Assembly: GCA_963741095.1 (NCBI GenBank)
Contig: CAVUGN010000002.1
Span: 96,001-160,000, forward strand
DNA length: 64,000 bases
Reading direction: 5' to 3'
From: an uncultured Candidatus Micrarchaeota archaeon
GTDB taxonomy: Archaea; Micrarchaeota; Micrarchaeia; Micrarchaeales; Micrarchaeaceae
In this document: piece after piece, positions 55,389-64,000 of the stretch
How the letters are laid out: the number at the start of each line of letters is the position of its first letter
How positions within the stretch are numbered: position 1 is the stretch's first letter
Notes under the pieces: generated by a model
The model's input: the letters and a program-made list of their open reading frames with translations, nothing else
What the model was told of the DNA's origin: nothing
Database searches by the model: none
Made by a program: the position numbers and the translations under genes

Positions 55389-56438
55389 ATGTCAGTGGAT
55401 CTGAGCAAGCTAGTCTCCAAACGGAAGCTGGACCTGGCCGAGCTCAATGGGAAGTCGATAGCGATCGACGCGTACAACGTCCTCTACCAGTTCCTATCGA
55501 TAATAAGGCAGCCTGACGGCACCCCGCTGATGGACACGCACGGCAACGTGACGAGCCACCTGTCCGGCATACTGTATCGTACCGTAGAGATACTGGGCTA
55601 TGGGATAAAGCCGATCTACGTGTTCGACGGCATACCATCCATGCTGAAGCAGAGGACCATAGAGGCCAGAATGCAGCGCAGGAAAGAAGCCTTCGATGCA
55701 TGGCAAGAGGCGAAGCAGGCTGGCGACATCGAAGCCGCAAAGTCCCACGCGCAGGCAAGCACAAGGGTCGACAAGAACATAGTCGCAAGCTCAAAGAAAT
55801 TGCTGGAGCTGATGGGCATACCCTACATAAACGCGCCGAGCGAAGGGGAGGCGCAGGCGAGCTGCATGTGCAAAGATGGTCTGGTCTACGCCGCAGCCAG
55901 CCAGGACTACGATACGATGCTGTTCGGCTCCACCTACGTCGTGAGGAACCTGACTTTCAGCGGCAGGAGGAAGCTCCCCGGCAAGAACGTTTACGTGAAC
56001 GTGGAGCCCGAGATAATGAGCTTTGAGGATACGCTAAAGGCGCTGGGGCTCAACCAGCGGCAGCTGATATGGCTCGGAATACTTCTCGGCACTGATTTCA
56101 ACATGGGGATAAAGGGCGTAGGCCCAAAGACCGCACTGAAGATCGCTGGCGCATCGAAGAGCATAGAGGACGTCGAGAAGCAGGTGCAAGCGAAGTTCAA
56201 GATGGGATTCGAGACGAACATAAAGGAGGTCGAGGACCTGTTCCTGCATCCCGAAGTGAGCAAGATAAACAGCACCGAGTTGACATCAATGTTCGACGCG
56301 TCGTACGATCGGAACGGCATACTCGAATTCATGTGCAAGGAGCACGACTTCTCGAACGAAAGGATAGAAAAGTCGGTGGACAAGCTCGCCAGTTTCAAGA
56401 ACCAATCCAGGCAGAAGGGAATGGACAAGTGGCTATAA
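55389..56438 (+). CDS. fen: Flap endonuclease 1
   Basis: IDAYNVLYQFLSIIRQPDG, APSEGEAQA, SQDYD, GTDFN and GPKTA; PIP box QKGMDKWL. Confidence 0.97.
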   Translation: MSVDLSKLVSKRKLDLAELNGKSIAIDAYNVLYQFLSIIRQPDGTPLMDTHGNVTSHLSGILYRTVEILGYGIKPIYVFDGIPSMLKQRTIEARMQRRKEAFDAWQEAKQAGDIEAAKSHAQASTRVDKNIVASSKKLLELMGIPYINAPSEGEAQASCMCKDGLVYAAASQDYDTMLFGSTYVVRNLTFSGRRKLPGKNVYVNVEPEIMSFEDTLKALGLNQRQLIWLGILLGTDFNMGIKGVGPKTALKIAGASKSIEDVEKQVQAKFKMGFETNIKEVEDLFLHPEVSKINSTELTSMFDASYDRNGILEFMCKEHDFSNERIEKSVDKLASFKNQSRQKGMDKWL

Positions 56439-56440
56439 CG

Positions 56441-57031
56441 TCATGATATGTCCAGGTACGCCTGGTTGTTGAATTCATAGACCGTCGTGTCGTCATCTAT
56501 GCTCAACGAGGCTATCAAAGACTCCTTGCTGCTGAATTCCCTGATCCCGCTACCCATGTCATACCTGTAGATCTTGTCATCGAAAGTGCAATAAACGAAG
56601 GTGCTGAAGTTCTCGTCCTTCATCCTGACAAGCACTTTGGCAGATGGGTTTCCCAACGCGACGAGGATGCTGCACAGCAATATGTTCTTGTCTATCATGT
56701 CGCCCATGCCATAGGTGAGCGTGTCTTTTGGCGAGAGCCAGAACTCCAGAGGCAGCACTGCATCCTCTATGCTCCTTCTCACAAACGAGAACGCGGTGCT
56801 GGAAGCCTGGTAGAAGTCCCTTTCATAGGTGTAGCCCTCAAAACCCGCCTTTATCTCCGCGGCCTTTTTCACCACCGCCTCGTCCTTCGGCGTCACGAGC
56901 GTGGGCAGTTCGGCAACGGACAGGCCCTCCTTCTCCTGAATGTACTCCTTGTACCGGGATATGATCGCGAGGTACAGCTGGTTGAGCTTTTCCAGCCTTT
57001 CCACCTCGTTTCCATCCCCTCGAACCGCCAT
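56441..57031 (-). CDS. Transglutaminase-like fold protein lacking the catalytic Cys
   Basis: EFWLSPKDTL..GMGDMIDKNILLCSIL matches the GDCED.AILL pattern with C replaced by M. Confidence 0.65.
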   Translation of the reverse strand: MAVRGDGNEVERLEKLNQLYLAIISRYKEYIQEKEGLSVAELPTLVTPKDEAVVKKAAEIKAGFEGYTYERDFYQASSTAFSFVRRSIEDAVLPLEFWLSPKDTLTYGMGDMIDKNILLCSILVALGNPSAKVLVRMKDENFSTFVYCTFDDKIYRYDMGSGIREFSSKESLIASLSIDDDTTVYEFNNQAYLDIS

Positions 57032-57115
57032 TTTCCCCTCCGATTAGTTATCGCAGCAAAGCGATAAAATATCTCCCATTGATATAAAGACGGGGTTGCC
57101 AAAGCGTGTTCACCG

Positions 57116-58849
57116 ATGGAGAACAAGGAGATAGCGGATCTGTTCAACGAGATAGCGGCGATGCTCAGCATCGAGGAGACTCCGAGCTCGAAGTTCGAGA
57201 TAAGGGCCTACCAGAAAGCAGCACTCACCATAGGCACGCTGCAGGAAGCTGTGGAGGACATCTACAAGAAAGGCGGCCTCACCGCGCTCATGGAGCTGCC
57301 CGGAATAGGGAAAGGGCTTGCGGCGAAGATCGAAGAGTACGTAAAGACCGGAAAAATCAGGAAGTACGAAGAGCTGAAGAAAAAATACCCGATAGACATA
57401 AAGCAGCTCACGAGCATTGCCGGCCTGGGCGCGAAGAAGGCGGCCAGACTTTACAAGGAGCTCAAGGTAAAGGACATCGCCACGCTCAAGAAGGCGATAG
57501 ACCAGCACAAGATAAGCAAGCTGGAAGGCTTCGGCATCAAAAGCGAGGAGGTGCTGGGCAAGGGAATAACCCTCCTCGAAGCCGGCAAGGGCAGGCTTCT
57601 GCTCGGAGACGCATTGCCCATGGCCGAGGAGATTGTCTCGCAATTGAAGAAGAGCAGTCTGGTCGAAAGGGCAGTGATCGCGGGCTCCGCAAGGCGCATG
57701 CGAGAGACCGTTGGCGATCTTGACATACTTGCGCTGTCCGACAAGGGCGAGGCGGTGATAGACCTCTTCACCAAGCTCCCGGAGGTGTCGAACATCGTGG
57801 TGAAGGGCCCCACAAAGGCGACCGTGTGGCTGAAGATGGGCATCAGCTGCGACCTGCGCGTCATAGCTCCAGAAAGCTTCGGCGCTGCGCTGCAGTACTT
57901 CACCGGAAACAAGGACCACAACATACAAGTCAGAAAGATAGCGATAGGCAAGGGCTACAAGCTGAACGAGTACGGTCTGTTCGACAAGAAGAACAGGATA
58001 CTCCCGACCAAGAACGAGGAAGAGATCTACGAAAGGCTCGGCATGCAGTACATGCCTCCCGAGATGCGCGAGTCAAGGGGCGAGGTGAAGCTTGCGCTGG
58101 AGCACAGAATACCTAAGATTGTCGAACTCGATGACCTAAGGGGGGACATGCACCTCCACTCAAACGAATCCACAGATGCCTCAAGTACGATCGAGGAGAT
58201 GGTTCAGGCGGCAATCAAGGCAAAGTTAGAATATTTCGCAAGCACGAACCACACGAAAAGCCTCCGAATCGTAAACGGCATGGACGATAAGAAGTTTGCC
58301 GAGTTCTTCAAAAAGGTCGACAGGCTGAACGATTCGATGGGGGGAAAGTTCAGGATATTGAAAGGAGCGGAGGTCGATATACTGAAAGACGGGTCCCTTG
58401 ATCTCAGCAAAGAAACGCTCAAGGGAATGGACTATGCGCTAGGAGCTGTGCACTCATCATTCAACATGACCGAAGACGAGATGACATCCAGAATAACGAA
58501 GGCCATGGATTCCGGACTCATAAACGCGCTCGCGCATCCCACTGGCAGGGAGATTGGGATAAGAGAAGCGTATCCGCTTAACATGGAAAAGGTTTTCGAG
58601 GCCGCAGAGCGCAACAATGTAGCCCTCGAAATAAATTCCCAGCCCCTCCGGCTCGATCTGAACGACACAAATATAATGAAAGCTTCTCAGTACAAGGTCA
58701 AATTCTCGATAGGCAGCGATTCCCACATAACCTCACAGATAGGTTTCCTGAAGTACGGCGTTGCCACCGCAAGAAGAGGCTGGCTTACAAAAGATAGGAT
58801 AGTGAACACCATGCCGCTGAAGGAAATAACAAAATTGCTTTCGAAATAA
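57116..58849 (+). CDS. polX: DNA polymerase X with C-terminal PHP domain
   Basis: GSARR.RETVGDLDIL, CDLRV, LQYFTG.K.HN and LNEYG; PHP motifs GDMHLHS, AHPTGR and SDSH. Confidence 0.95.
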   Translation: MENKEIADLFNEIAAMLSIEETPSSKFEIRAYQKAALTIGTLQEAVEDIYKKGGLTALMELPGIGKGLAAKIEEYVKTGKIRKYEELKKKYPIDIKQLTSIAGLGAKKAARLYKELKVKDIATLKKAIDQHKISKLEGFGIKSEEVLGKGITLLEAGKGRLLLGDALPMAEEIVSQLKKSSLVERAVIAGSARRMRETVGDLDILALSDKGEAVIDLFTKLPEVSNIVVKGPTKATVWLKMGISCDLRVIAPESFGAALQYFTGNKDHNIQVRKIAIGKGYKLNEYGLFDKKNRILPTKNEEEIYERLGMQYMPPEMRESRGEVKLALEHRIPKIVELDDLRGDMHLHSNESTDASSTIEEMVQAAIKAKLEYFASTNHTKSLRIVNGMDDKKFAEFFKKVDRLNDSMGGKFRILKGAEVDILKDGSLDLSKETLKGMDYALGAVHSSFNMTEDEMTSRITKAMDSGLINALAHPTGREIGIREAYPLNMEKVFEAAERNNVALEINSQPLRLDLNDTNIMKASQYKVKFSIGSDSHITSQIGFLKYGVATARRGWLTKDRIVNTMPLKEITKLLSK

Positions 58850-58855
58850 CTTCTT

Positions 58856-59131
58856 TTACCCGTGCTTCGTCTTCAGGTGCAGCATGTACATAGCCATCGT
58901 CAGGGCAACGAGGTTGGTGAAGATCAACGGATAAGAAAGTATGACAAGTCCGTATATTTCCCACAAGAACAGGCCCGCTACCGATATCGAGATCCACCAA
59001 AGCGAGATGTCCTTTGTCGATTTCGAGTGCCTACTCTTTATGACCTGCGGAACGTAGGCAAAAGCCGTAAAACAGCCCGCAACGAAACCGACAATATCAA
59101 TATAACCCAACAAACCATCACCAAATAACAT
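58856..59131 (-). CDS. SemiSWEET (PQ-loop) transporter
   Basis: GFVAGCFTAFAYVPQVIKS..SKSTKDISL...LW.IYG....PLIFTN. Start approximate. Confidence 0.9.
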   Translation of the reverse strand: MLFGDGLLGYIDIVGFVAGCFTAFAYVPQVIKSRHSKSTKDISLWWISISVAGLFLWEIYGLVILSYPLIFTNLVALTMAMYMLHLKTKHG

Positions 59132-59132
59132 A

Positions 59133-62100
59133 CTAGACAAATCTCGCAAGGTTGAACTGCTTCGTGTGCGCCTGCTCGCCTATGGCCGCGCCGAACACGT
59201 TCTCTATTTCATCCTTCGCCAACAAAAGCCTTTGCTTTATGTAAGCCTCGAGGTTGTACCTGTTCGTCAGGTCTATCGCCATGTTCAGGTACTTCTCTAT
59301 GCTGCCCTTCGATATGGTCAGGACGAGTTTGCCTTCGCACTTCGTGCACTTGCCTATCAGCGGCACTCTCCTGTACTTCGCATTGCACCCCACACACCTG
59401 AAGCTCTGGCTGGAGAACGAGTGCATGTTCCCTATCAGGTCGGGTATGAAGTGGCTCAATATCACCCTTCTCGCGGTGTCCGCCTTGTCGACGCTGCCCA
59501 GCCTGTCCATAAGCTTGAACTGCATGTCTATCTTCTCCTGCATCGTCTCGATCGTGGTGTAAGAACTGCTCTTCGGCGCGTCAGCTATCGCGGTTATGCC
59601 GCTTAGCTGCGTGAAGTTCAGCCCCTCAAAAGCGCCATCGCTCTTGAGCCTGTTTCTGACCAGTTCCAAGCTTACCTCACCGGGCTGCACGTATTCAAGA
59701 GTCTTGTTGTAGAAGTCGATGCCGTACTCCGACACCACCTCCATGTCGTGCACCTCGTCGTCGACCTCTTCAGGATTAACGTTTATCGTGAGTATGAGGG
59801 GCGCGTCCATCGTGCCTCCTATCGTGATGGGAAGATAGCTTCTTGAGAAGTTCACCAGCGCATCAAGGAGCAACATCGTCGTGTCCTCGTCGCCGTCGCA
59901 GTTCCTTCTCCTTGCCGATATGGTGTAAGGGTGCGCAAGCCCAACTCTTGCGTCAGTGAAGCCTATCACCCTGCACAGCACTCCAGCGCTCGTGTGCGGC
60001 GCCAGGGTTATGACGAACTGGCCGACCAGTTCCTGTATGCTGTTCGCATTGTAGAACGGCTCCATCCTGTAGTACCTGACAAGCAGGTCGTCGACAAACT
60101 TGGCTATGTTGAGCATGTGCTCCGCGCAGCTCCTGTTTATCACCACATCCTGATGCCTCAATTCGACAAGCTGGGTCTCGTCCGTCAGCTCTTTGCCAGT
60201 GTAATCCTTTGTGTAGCCCATCGACCGGAGCTTTTCCACGCTCACCATCACCTCCTTCGGATAGAAGTGTGTCATGGGTATGTCGGTGGCGTCGAACCTC
60301 GACGTACCATCTTTGAATATGTGCACGTTGTGCAGGGCCCGGAGTATGCCTTTCTCAACAGGCTCTGCGGTTTTGTCCCTGTTCATCAATCCCTTGACCC
60401 CGCGCAGGCTCTTCGGCAATTCATGGATTTCCAAATTCTTCATGGCTGTTTCTGCAATCGCCGATATGTCCACGTTTGAGGTCTGGTAGCCTATCGCGGC
60501 CCCGCCGCAATTGCCGCAGGTTATGCCTTCGGTCTCCCTGCCGCAGGTGCTGCAGATTCGTACGAGCTTCGCCTTTGAGCTGTGCTTTGCGCAGTACGGG
60601 AACACGATCGTCTCCTTCCCGAAATTGCACCGATACCTCGCAATCTCTATCTCAACCGCCTTGTTGCCGAATCTTGCCTTCTCCTTGCCATAAGCCTTGG
60701 CGAAGTTTCTCTCCTTCCCTCCGTTCTCACCTATCGGGAAGAGGAAGGACGGCGCGGGCTTCATCAGCCTCTCCTTCGCCTTCTCGGGCCTTCCCATGCG
60801 CCCGCCTATCCTCGTGGATCTCTTCATGACCTTGAACGGCGCTACAGAATTTATTATCTCAAGAGGCGACATGTTTGGGTCATACTTGCCTATGGTTCCA
60901 TCCCCGAAGTCGAGCTTCCCCTCCTTGGCGAAACCGAGCGATGCCAGCAGGCTTTGGGCATCCCCGCCCTTTATCACAACCGAATTGTTCGAGACATGGG
61001 GTATGCAGAGCCTCTCCATCATGTCGATCAGTTCGGCTCCGGCATTGTCGATGGTTATGTCCTCCACCCCAAAGATCCCATCGCTGCTTGACTGGACCTT
61101 CGAGCGCGCCACCGCCTTTGCCAGCGCGGCAAGTTCATCCGTCGCCAGGTCGTTGTAATCGTAAGTGTAGAGCGGATGAATCGGCACCTTGTACCTCTCG
61201 GAGAGCTCGAAAGCCTCCTTGAAAGACGCCGCCTTTGCATCCTTGCAGCCGTTCGCGGCAAGCTGCGCCAGCCAAAACTCCTCAACGTAGCTGCTGGGCA
61301 GCAACTGGGTGTTGGTTTTTTTGAAATCTCCGTACGTTATCAGTATGTCCCCAACCGCAATGATCTTCGATACCTTGCCCTTCAGCTCCCTCGCTTGTTC
61401 CGCACTGTTAACCCTGAAAGCCTCTCCGGTTGCCAGCTTCACGAACGGCCCCTCTATCGTATCGACCGGCGCCACTACGCAGCCCTTTCCTGGCTTCTCT
61501 ATCTTGAGCTGGGTGCCGTACGCTATGAACTCATCGAGTATTATCATAGTTGCCGGGTTTATGCCCTTGGCCGCTATCCCGGTCAGCCTCGACCTGCCGT
61601 ACCTGAGGCGGAAGGCGCCGCTGTGCTCCGGGTACGCGAATATCGGCCTTCCGGCCACCAATTCCTGCAGAAACTTGTAGTTCTCCTTGACCTTGTCCGA
61701 GCTCCTCAGCACGGGCTTCTCGACTTTTATTATGTTGTTGAGCCAGCTCCAGTCCAGGCCCGCATTCTTGGTGTGCTTGAGCACGCTCTTGGCCTTCTGC
61801 GCTATGCCTTCGCAGGAAACCAGGCACATGCCTCCGCGCACCTTGTTCGAAAGCAGCTGCTCCTTCCCTGCCCCGTCAAGCCTCTTTATGTTCCTGTTTA
61901 TGTTGATGTCCACGCGCTCCGTAGGGACTCCGTCTATGCAGACCGGGCAGTTCTCGAGTATGGTCCTGAGGTTCTGCTCGCTCGGCATGTACTGTAGTCT
62001 GGCGCATTTAGAATGGTACAACTGGACCTCCTCGACATACCTGTCGACTTCAGAAGGCGTCGCGGTGTAGGCGCCTATCCCCATCAATCTCCTGCCGTAA

Positions 62101-62564
62101 TCCGTGATCGCGACGGACAGCGCCGCGCTGGTGCCTCCCGCGCCTCTTATCGGTCCCGCATAGAGGATAGAGACATAATCGGACCGGTCCGCATTCTTGT
62201 GCAGCTCCACTCCCTGGATTCCTTCGGTAGGGGCCACAACGACCCCCTCGGTAAGTATCGCAAGTCCTATCCTTGCCACCAACGTAAGCCGCTTCTCCGC
62301 GCCGAAATCATATTTCGGGTTCGTGCACAGCTCCTTCGCTATGTCGAATGCGAGGGCCTCCCTGCTCTTGCCCTCTGAACGTTCCTTTATGAGTTTCGCC
62401 AATCCCTCCATGCCTATTATCTCCTCGACCCTGGATGCAAGATCCGGGGCCGGCCGTATCTCCACAGTTTCCTTCGGGTCATAACCCTTGCTCCTGGCCC
62501 TCGATGCGACAGCGTTCGCTCGCTCGAAGCCGTCCTGGAGCGTTTTCATGTATTCTTCTATCAT
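59133..62564 (-). CDS. polC: DNA polymerase D large subunit DP2
   Basis: YAGPIRGAGGT, FRLRYGRSR, RMGRPEKA, RRNCDGDED, zinc fingers and a C-terminal PIP-like QFNLARF. No intein. Confidence 0.97.
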   Translation of the reverse strand: MIEEYMKTLQDGFERANAVASRARSKGYDPKETVEIRPAPDLASRVEEIIGMEGLAKLIKERSEGKSREALAFDIAKELCTNPKYDFGAEKRLTLVARIGLAILTEGVVVAPTEGIQGVELHKNADRSDYVSILYAGPIRGAGGTSAALSVAITDYGRRLMGIGAYTATPSEVDRYVEEVQLYHSKCARLQYMPSEQNLRTILENCPVCIDGVPTERVDININRNIKRLDGAGKEQLLSNKVRGGMCLVSCEGIAQKAKSVLKHTKNAGLDWSWLNNIIKVEKPVLRSSDKVKENYKFLQELVAGRPIFAYPEHSGAFRLRYGRSRLTGIAAKGINPATMIILDEFIAYGTQLKIEKPGKGCVVAPVDTIEGPFVKLATGEAFRVNSAEQARELKGKVSKIIAVGDILITYGDFKKTNTQLLPSSYVEEFWLAQLAANGCKDAKAASFKEAFELSERYKVPIHPLYTYDYNDLATDELAALAKAVARSKVQSSSDGIFGVEDITIDNAGAELIDMMERLCIPHVSNNSVVIKGGDAQSLLASLGFAKEGKLDFGDGTIGKYDPNMSPLEIINSVAPFKVMKRSTRIGGRMGRPEKAKERLMKPAPSFLFPIGENGGKERNFAKAYGKEKARFGNKAVEIEIARYRCNFGKETIVFPYCAKHSSKAKLVRICSTCGRETEGITCGNCGGAAIGYQTSNVDISAIAETAMKNLEIHELPKSLRGVKGLMNRDKTAEPVEKGILRALHNVHIFKDGTSRFDATDIPMTHFYPKEVMVSVEKLRSMGYTKDYTGKELTDETQLVELRHQDVVINRSCAEHMLNIAKFVDDLLVRYYRMEPFYNANSIQELVGQFVITLAPHTSAGVLCRVIGFTDARVGLAHPYTISARRRNCDGDEDTTMLLLDALVNFSRSYLPITIGGTMDAPLILTINVNPEEVDDEVHDMEVVSEYGIDFYNKTLEYVQPGEVSLELVRNRLKSDGAFEGLNFTQLSGITAIADAPKSSSYTTIETMQEKIDMQFKLMDRLGSVDKADTARRVILSHFIPDLIGNMHSFSSQSFRCVGCNAKYRRVPLIGKCTKCEGKLVLTISKGSIEKYLNMAIDLTNRYNLEAYIKQRLLLAKDEIENVFGAAIGEQAHTKQFNLARFV

Positions 62565-64000
62565 GGTGCTGCACTGAAGTCTATCGTTGTGAAACTGTCA
62601 TTCTTCGCTTCGTAAACCGGCACCACGCAGGGGCTCGGCATGTGCCCGAGTATGGCCTGGTATTCGGTCTTCGCCTGCCAGGTGCCGCTGTTCACTATCT
62701 TCACTCCGTGGTAGTTGCCCAGCCCGTTCTTGTGCACGTGGCCCATGTGCAGGATGTCCGGCACTTTCTCTATGACCAGGTTGTCGTTCTTGCTGGGCAC
62801 CACTATGTTCCCGCCGTATATTGGAGACAGATGCCTCCTCTTCAGGAGCGCTATCATCGCCTTTTCGGGATTCGAATAGCTCATGCGCGGTATTGCGCTT
62901 ATGATGGAATCAAGCGACGTTCCATGGTAGGTGAGCACGTCAAGGCCATGCAGAGTTATCATGCTGGGGTTGGGCAGCATGTGCACGTTCTCCGCCTTGA
63001 AATCACCGATCAGCTCCGGGCCAAGCTGCGGCTGCGGTTCGGCCCTCTGCACCGAATCGTGGTTGCCCGGTATGACGAAAATGTGTATGTAATCTGGTAT
63101 AGCGCTTATCAGGTTGAAGAAAACCTTGTACTGCATGTAGGCGTCGGGTATCGCGAGGTCGAGGTCCTGGTTGGGATAGACGCCGATGCCATCGACGACG
63201 TCGCCGCCCACTACGACGTACTTCACCTTGCCTGCAAGATCCTGCATCCTGTCGGTTCCGCCGTTGAGCCAGCTTATGAAACTAGAGAAGTTCTTCTCGA
63301 GGAAAAGCTTGCTTCCCACCTGCAGGTCGGATATGAACGCTATCGCCACATCGTCCTTCACCTGCTTCCTCTCCTTTATCGGGACGTCGGGCCACACGAA
63401 ATCCTTCGCTATTATGAGCTCTCCGGCGATCTTCCCCCTAACTGCTATCACCTCATCGGTGACGAGCGTGCCCGCCCTTTCAAAAGCCTCTTTGGAGCTG
63501 CCGAACGAGCCATTAACGAAGACGACCTTCGCGTCGGACGTCTCGTCCTCTATGACCGCCATTATGTTCCCCTTCTTCGTGGCGATTATGCTCGTGACTA
63601 TGCCGAGTATCGTTATCTCCCTGCCGTCACTGTAAGACTTTATGCCATCTATGGTCGCGACAAGCCCGGTGACGTTGCTCCGGTACTCCAGCATCTTCCT
63701 CAGCTTGCCGAGCCTGCTCCTGAAATAGGACACGAACGCTCCGACATTTCCTTCGGATTTCTCCACCTCGTTGTTGCTTATGCGGTAATCCGCATCGATC
63801 TCGGAGGCAACGGGCCTGAAGCCCGCCTTGTGGATCACCTCTATGGGGTGCGGCGCCTTCTCGAGCTCCATCTCCTTGATTATGTTTATTATCTCCTCGC
63901 TGTTCACCACACCGAGCGTCGTCGAATCCTTGTGCCTGCTGGCTATCCTTTCGGCGATCACACTCACGTCAAGCCCATCGAGAACCTCTGGCTTCAAATC
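62561..64000 (-). CDS. DNA polymerase D small subunit DP1 (5' end beyond the window)
   Basis: OB fold then SDLQVGSK, GDVVDGIGVYP, PGNHD, YHG, RRHLSP and GHVH; ATGA overlap with DP2; frame open at the edge. Confidence 0.95.
   Translation of the reverse strand, partial: DLKPEVLDGLDVSVIAERIASRHKDSTTLGVVNSEEIINIIKEMELEKAPHPIEVIHKAGFRPVASEIDADYRISNNEVEKSEGNVGAFVSYFRSRLGKLRKMLEYRSNVTGLVATIDGIKSYSDGREITILGIVTSIIATKKGNIMAVIEDETSDAKVVFVNGSFGSSKEAFERAGTLVTDEVIAVRGKIAGELIIAKDFVWPDVPIKERKQVKDDVAIAFISDLQVGSKLFLEKNFSSFISWLNGGTDRMQDLAGKVKYVVVGGDVVDGIGVYPNQDLDLAIPDAYMQYKVFFNLISAIPDYIHIFVIPGNHDSVQRAEPQPQLGPELIGDFKAENVHMLPNPSMITLHGLDVLTYHGTSLDSIISAIPRMSYSNPEKAMIALLKRRHLSPIYGGNIVVPSKNDNLVIEKVPDILHMGHVHKNGLGNYHGVKIVNSGTWQAKTEYQAILGHMPSPCVVPVYEAKNDSFTTIDFSAAP

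Noticed and set aside
36189-62564. Inteins in PolB, NrdJ, Lhr or DP2
   Set aside because: Protein lengths are normal, motifs are contiguous and no splice or LAGLIDADG motifs were seen.
1-64000. CRISPR array, rRNA, IS element or reverse-transcriptase/DGR system
   Set aside because: No regularly spaced repeats, rRNA-like stretch, transposase or RT motifs were seen; nearly all sequence is accounted for by the listed genes.

Overview
Archaeal chromosomal segment of a gene-dense genome, roughly 50-55% GC by eye. It is most consistent with a DPANN archaeon of the Micrarchaeota type. That is an inference from PolD, PolB, Fen1, Nop5, aIF6, eS26, ADP-forming acetate-CoA ligase, DUF929 and a tRNA intron in the T-loop. 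Most genes are housekeeping: two ribosomal protein clusters, GlyRS, PheRS, FtsY, replication and repair genes (PolB, PolD DP1/DP2, PolX-PHP, Fen1, RNase HII, Lhr-MPE, OGG1) and a class II ribonucleotide reductase. Five features are missing from the ORF track: two intron-containing tRNAs, eL39, a GT4 gene at the left edge and a 44-aa ORF coupled to nrdJ. tRNA-Trp carries a partly eroded box C/D guide in its intron, and tRNA-Arg has a 59/60 intron with a clean BHB motif. AT-rich accessory DNA lies downstream of tRNA-Trp and at a zinc-repeat Vsr/DUF559 endonuclease inserted between ogg and translin. The strongest leads are a tetraether lipid synthase (Tes/GDGT-MAS) homologue coupled to an unknown HMA-like partner, several apparent pseudo-enzymes, a tandem-duplicated SemiSWEET, and the nrdJ leader with its microprotein. 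No CRISPR array, rRNA, transposase, integrase or intein was seen. All family assignments come from motif recognition by eye, not database searches.
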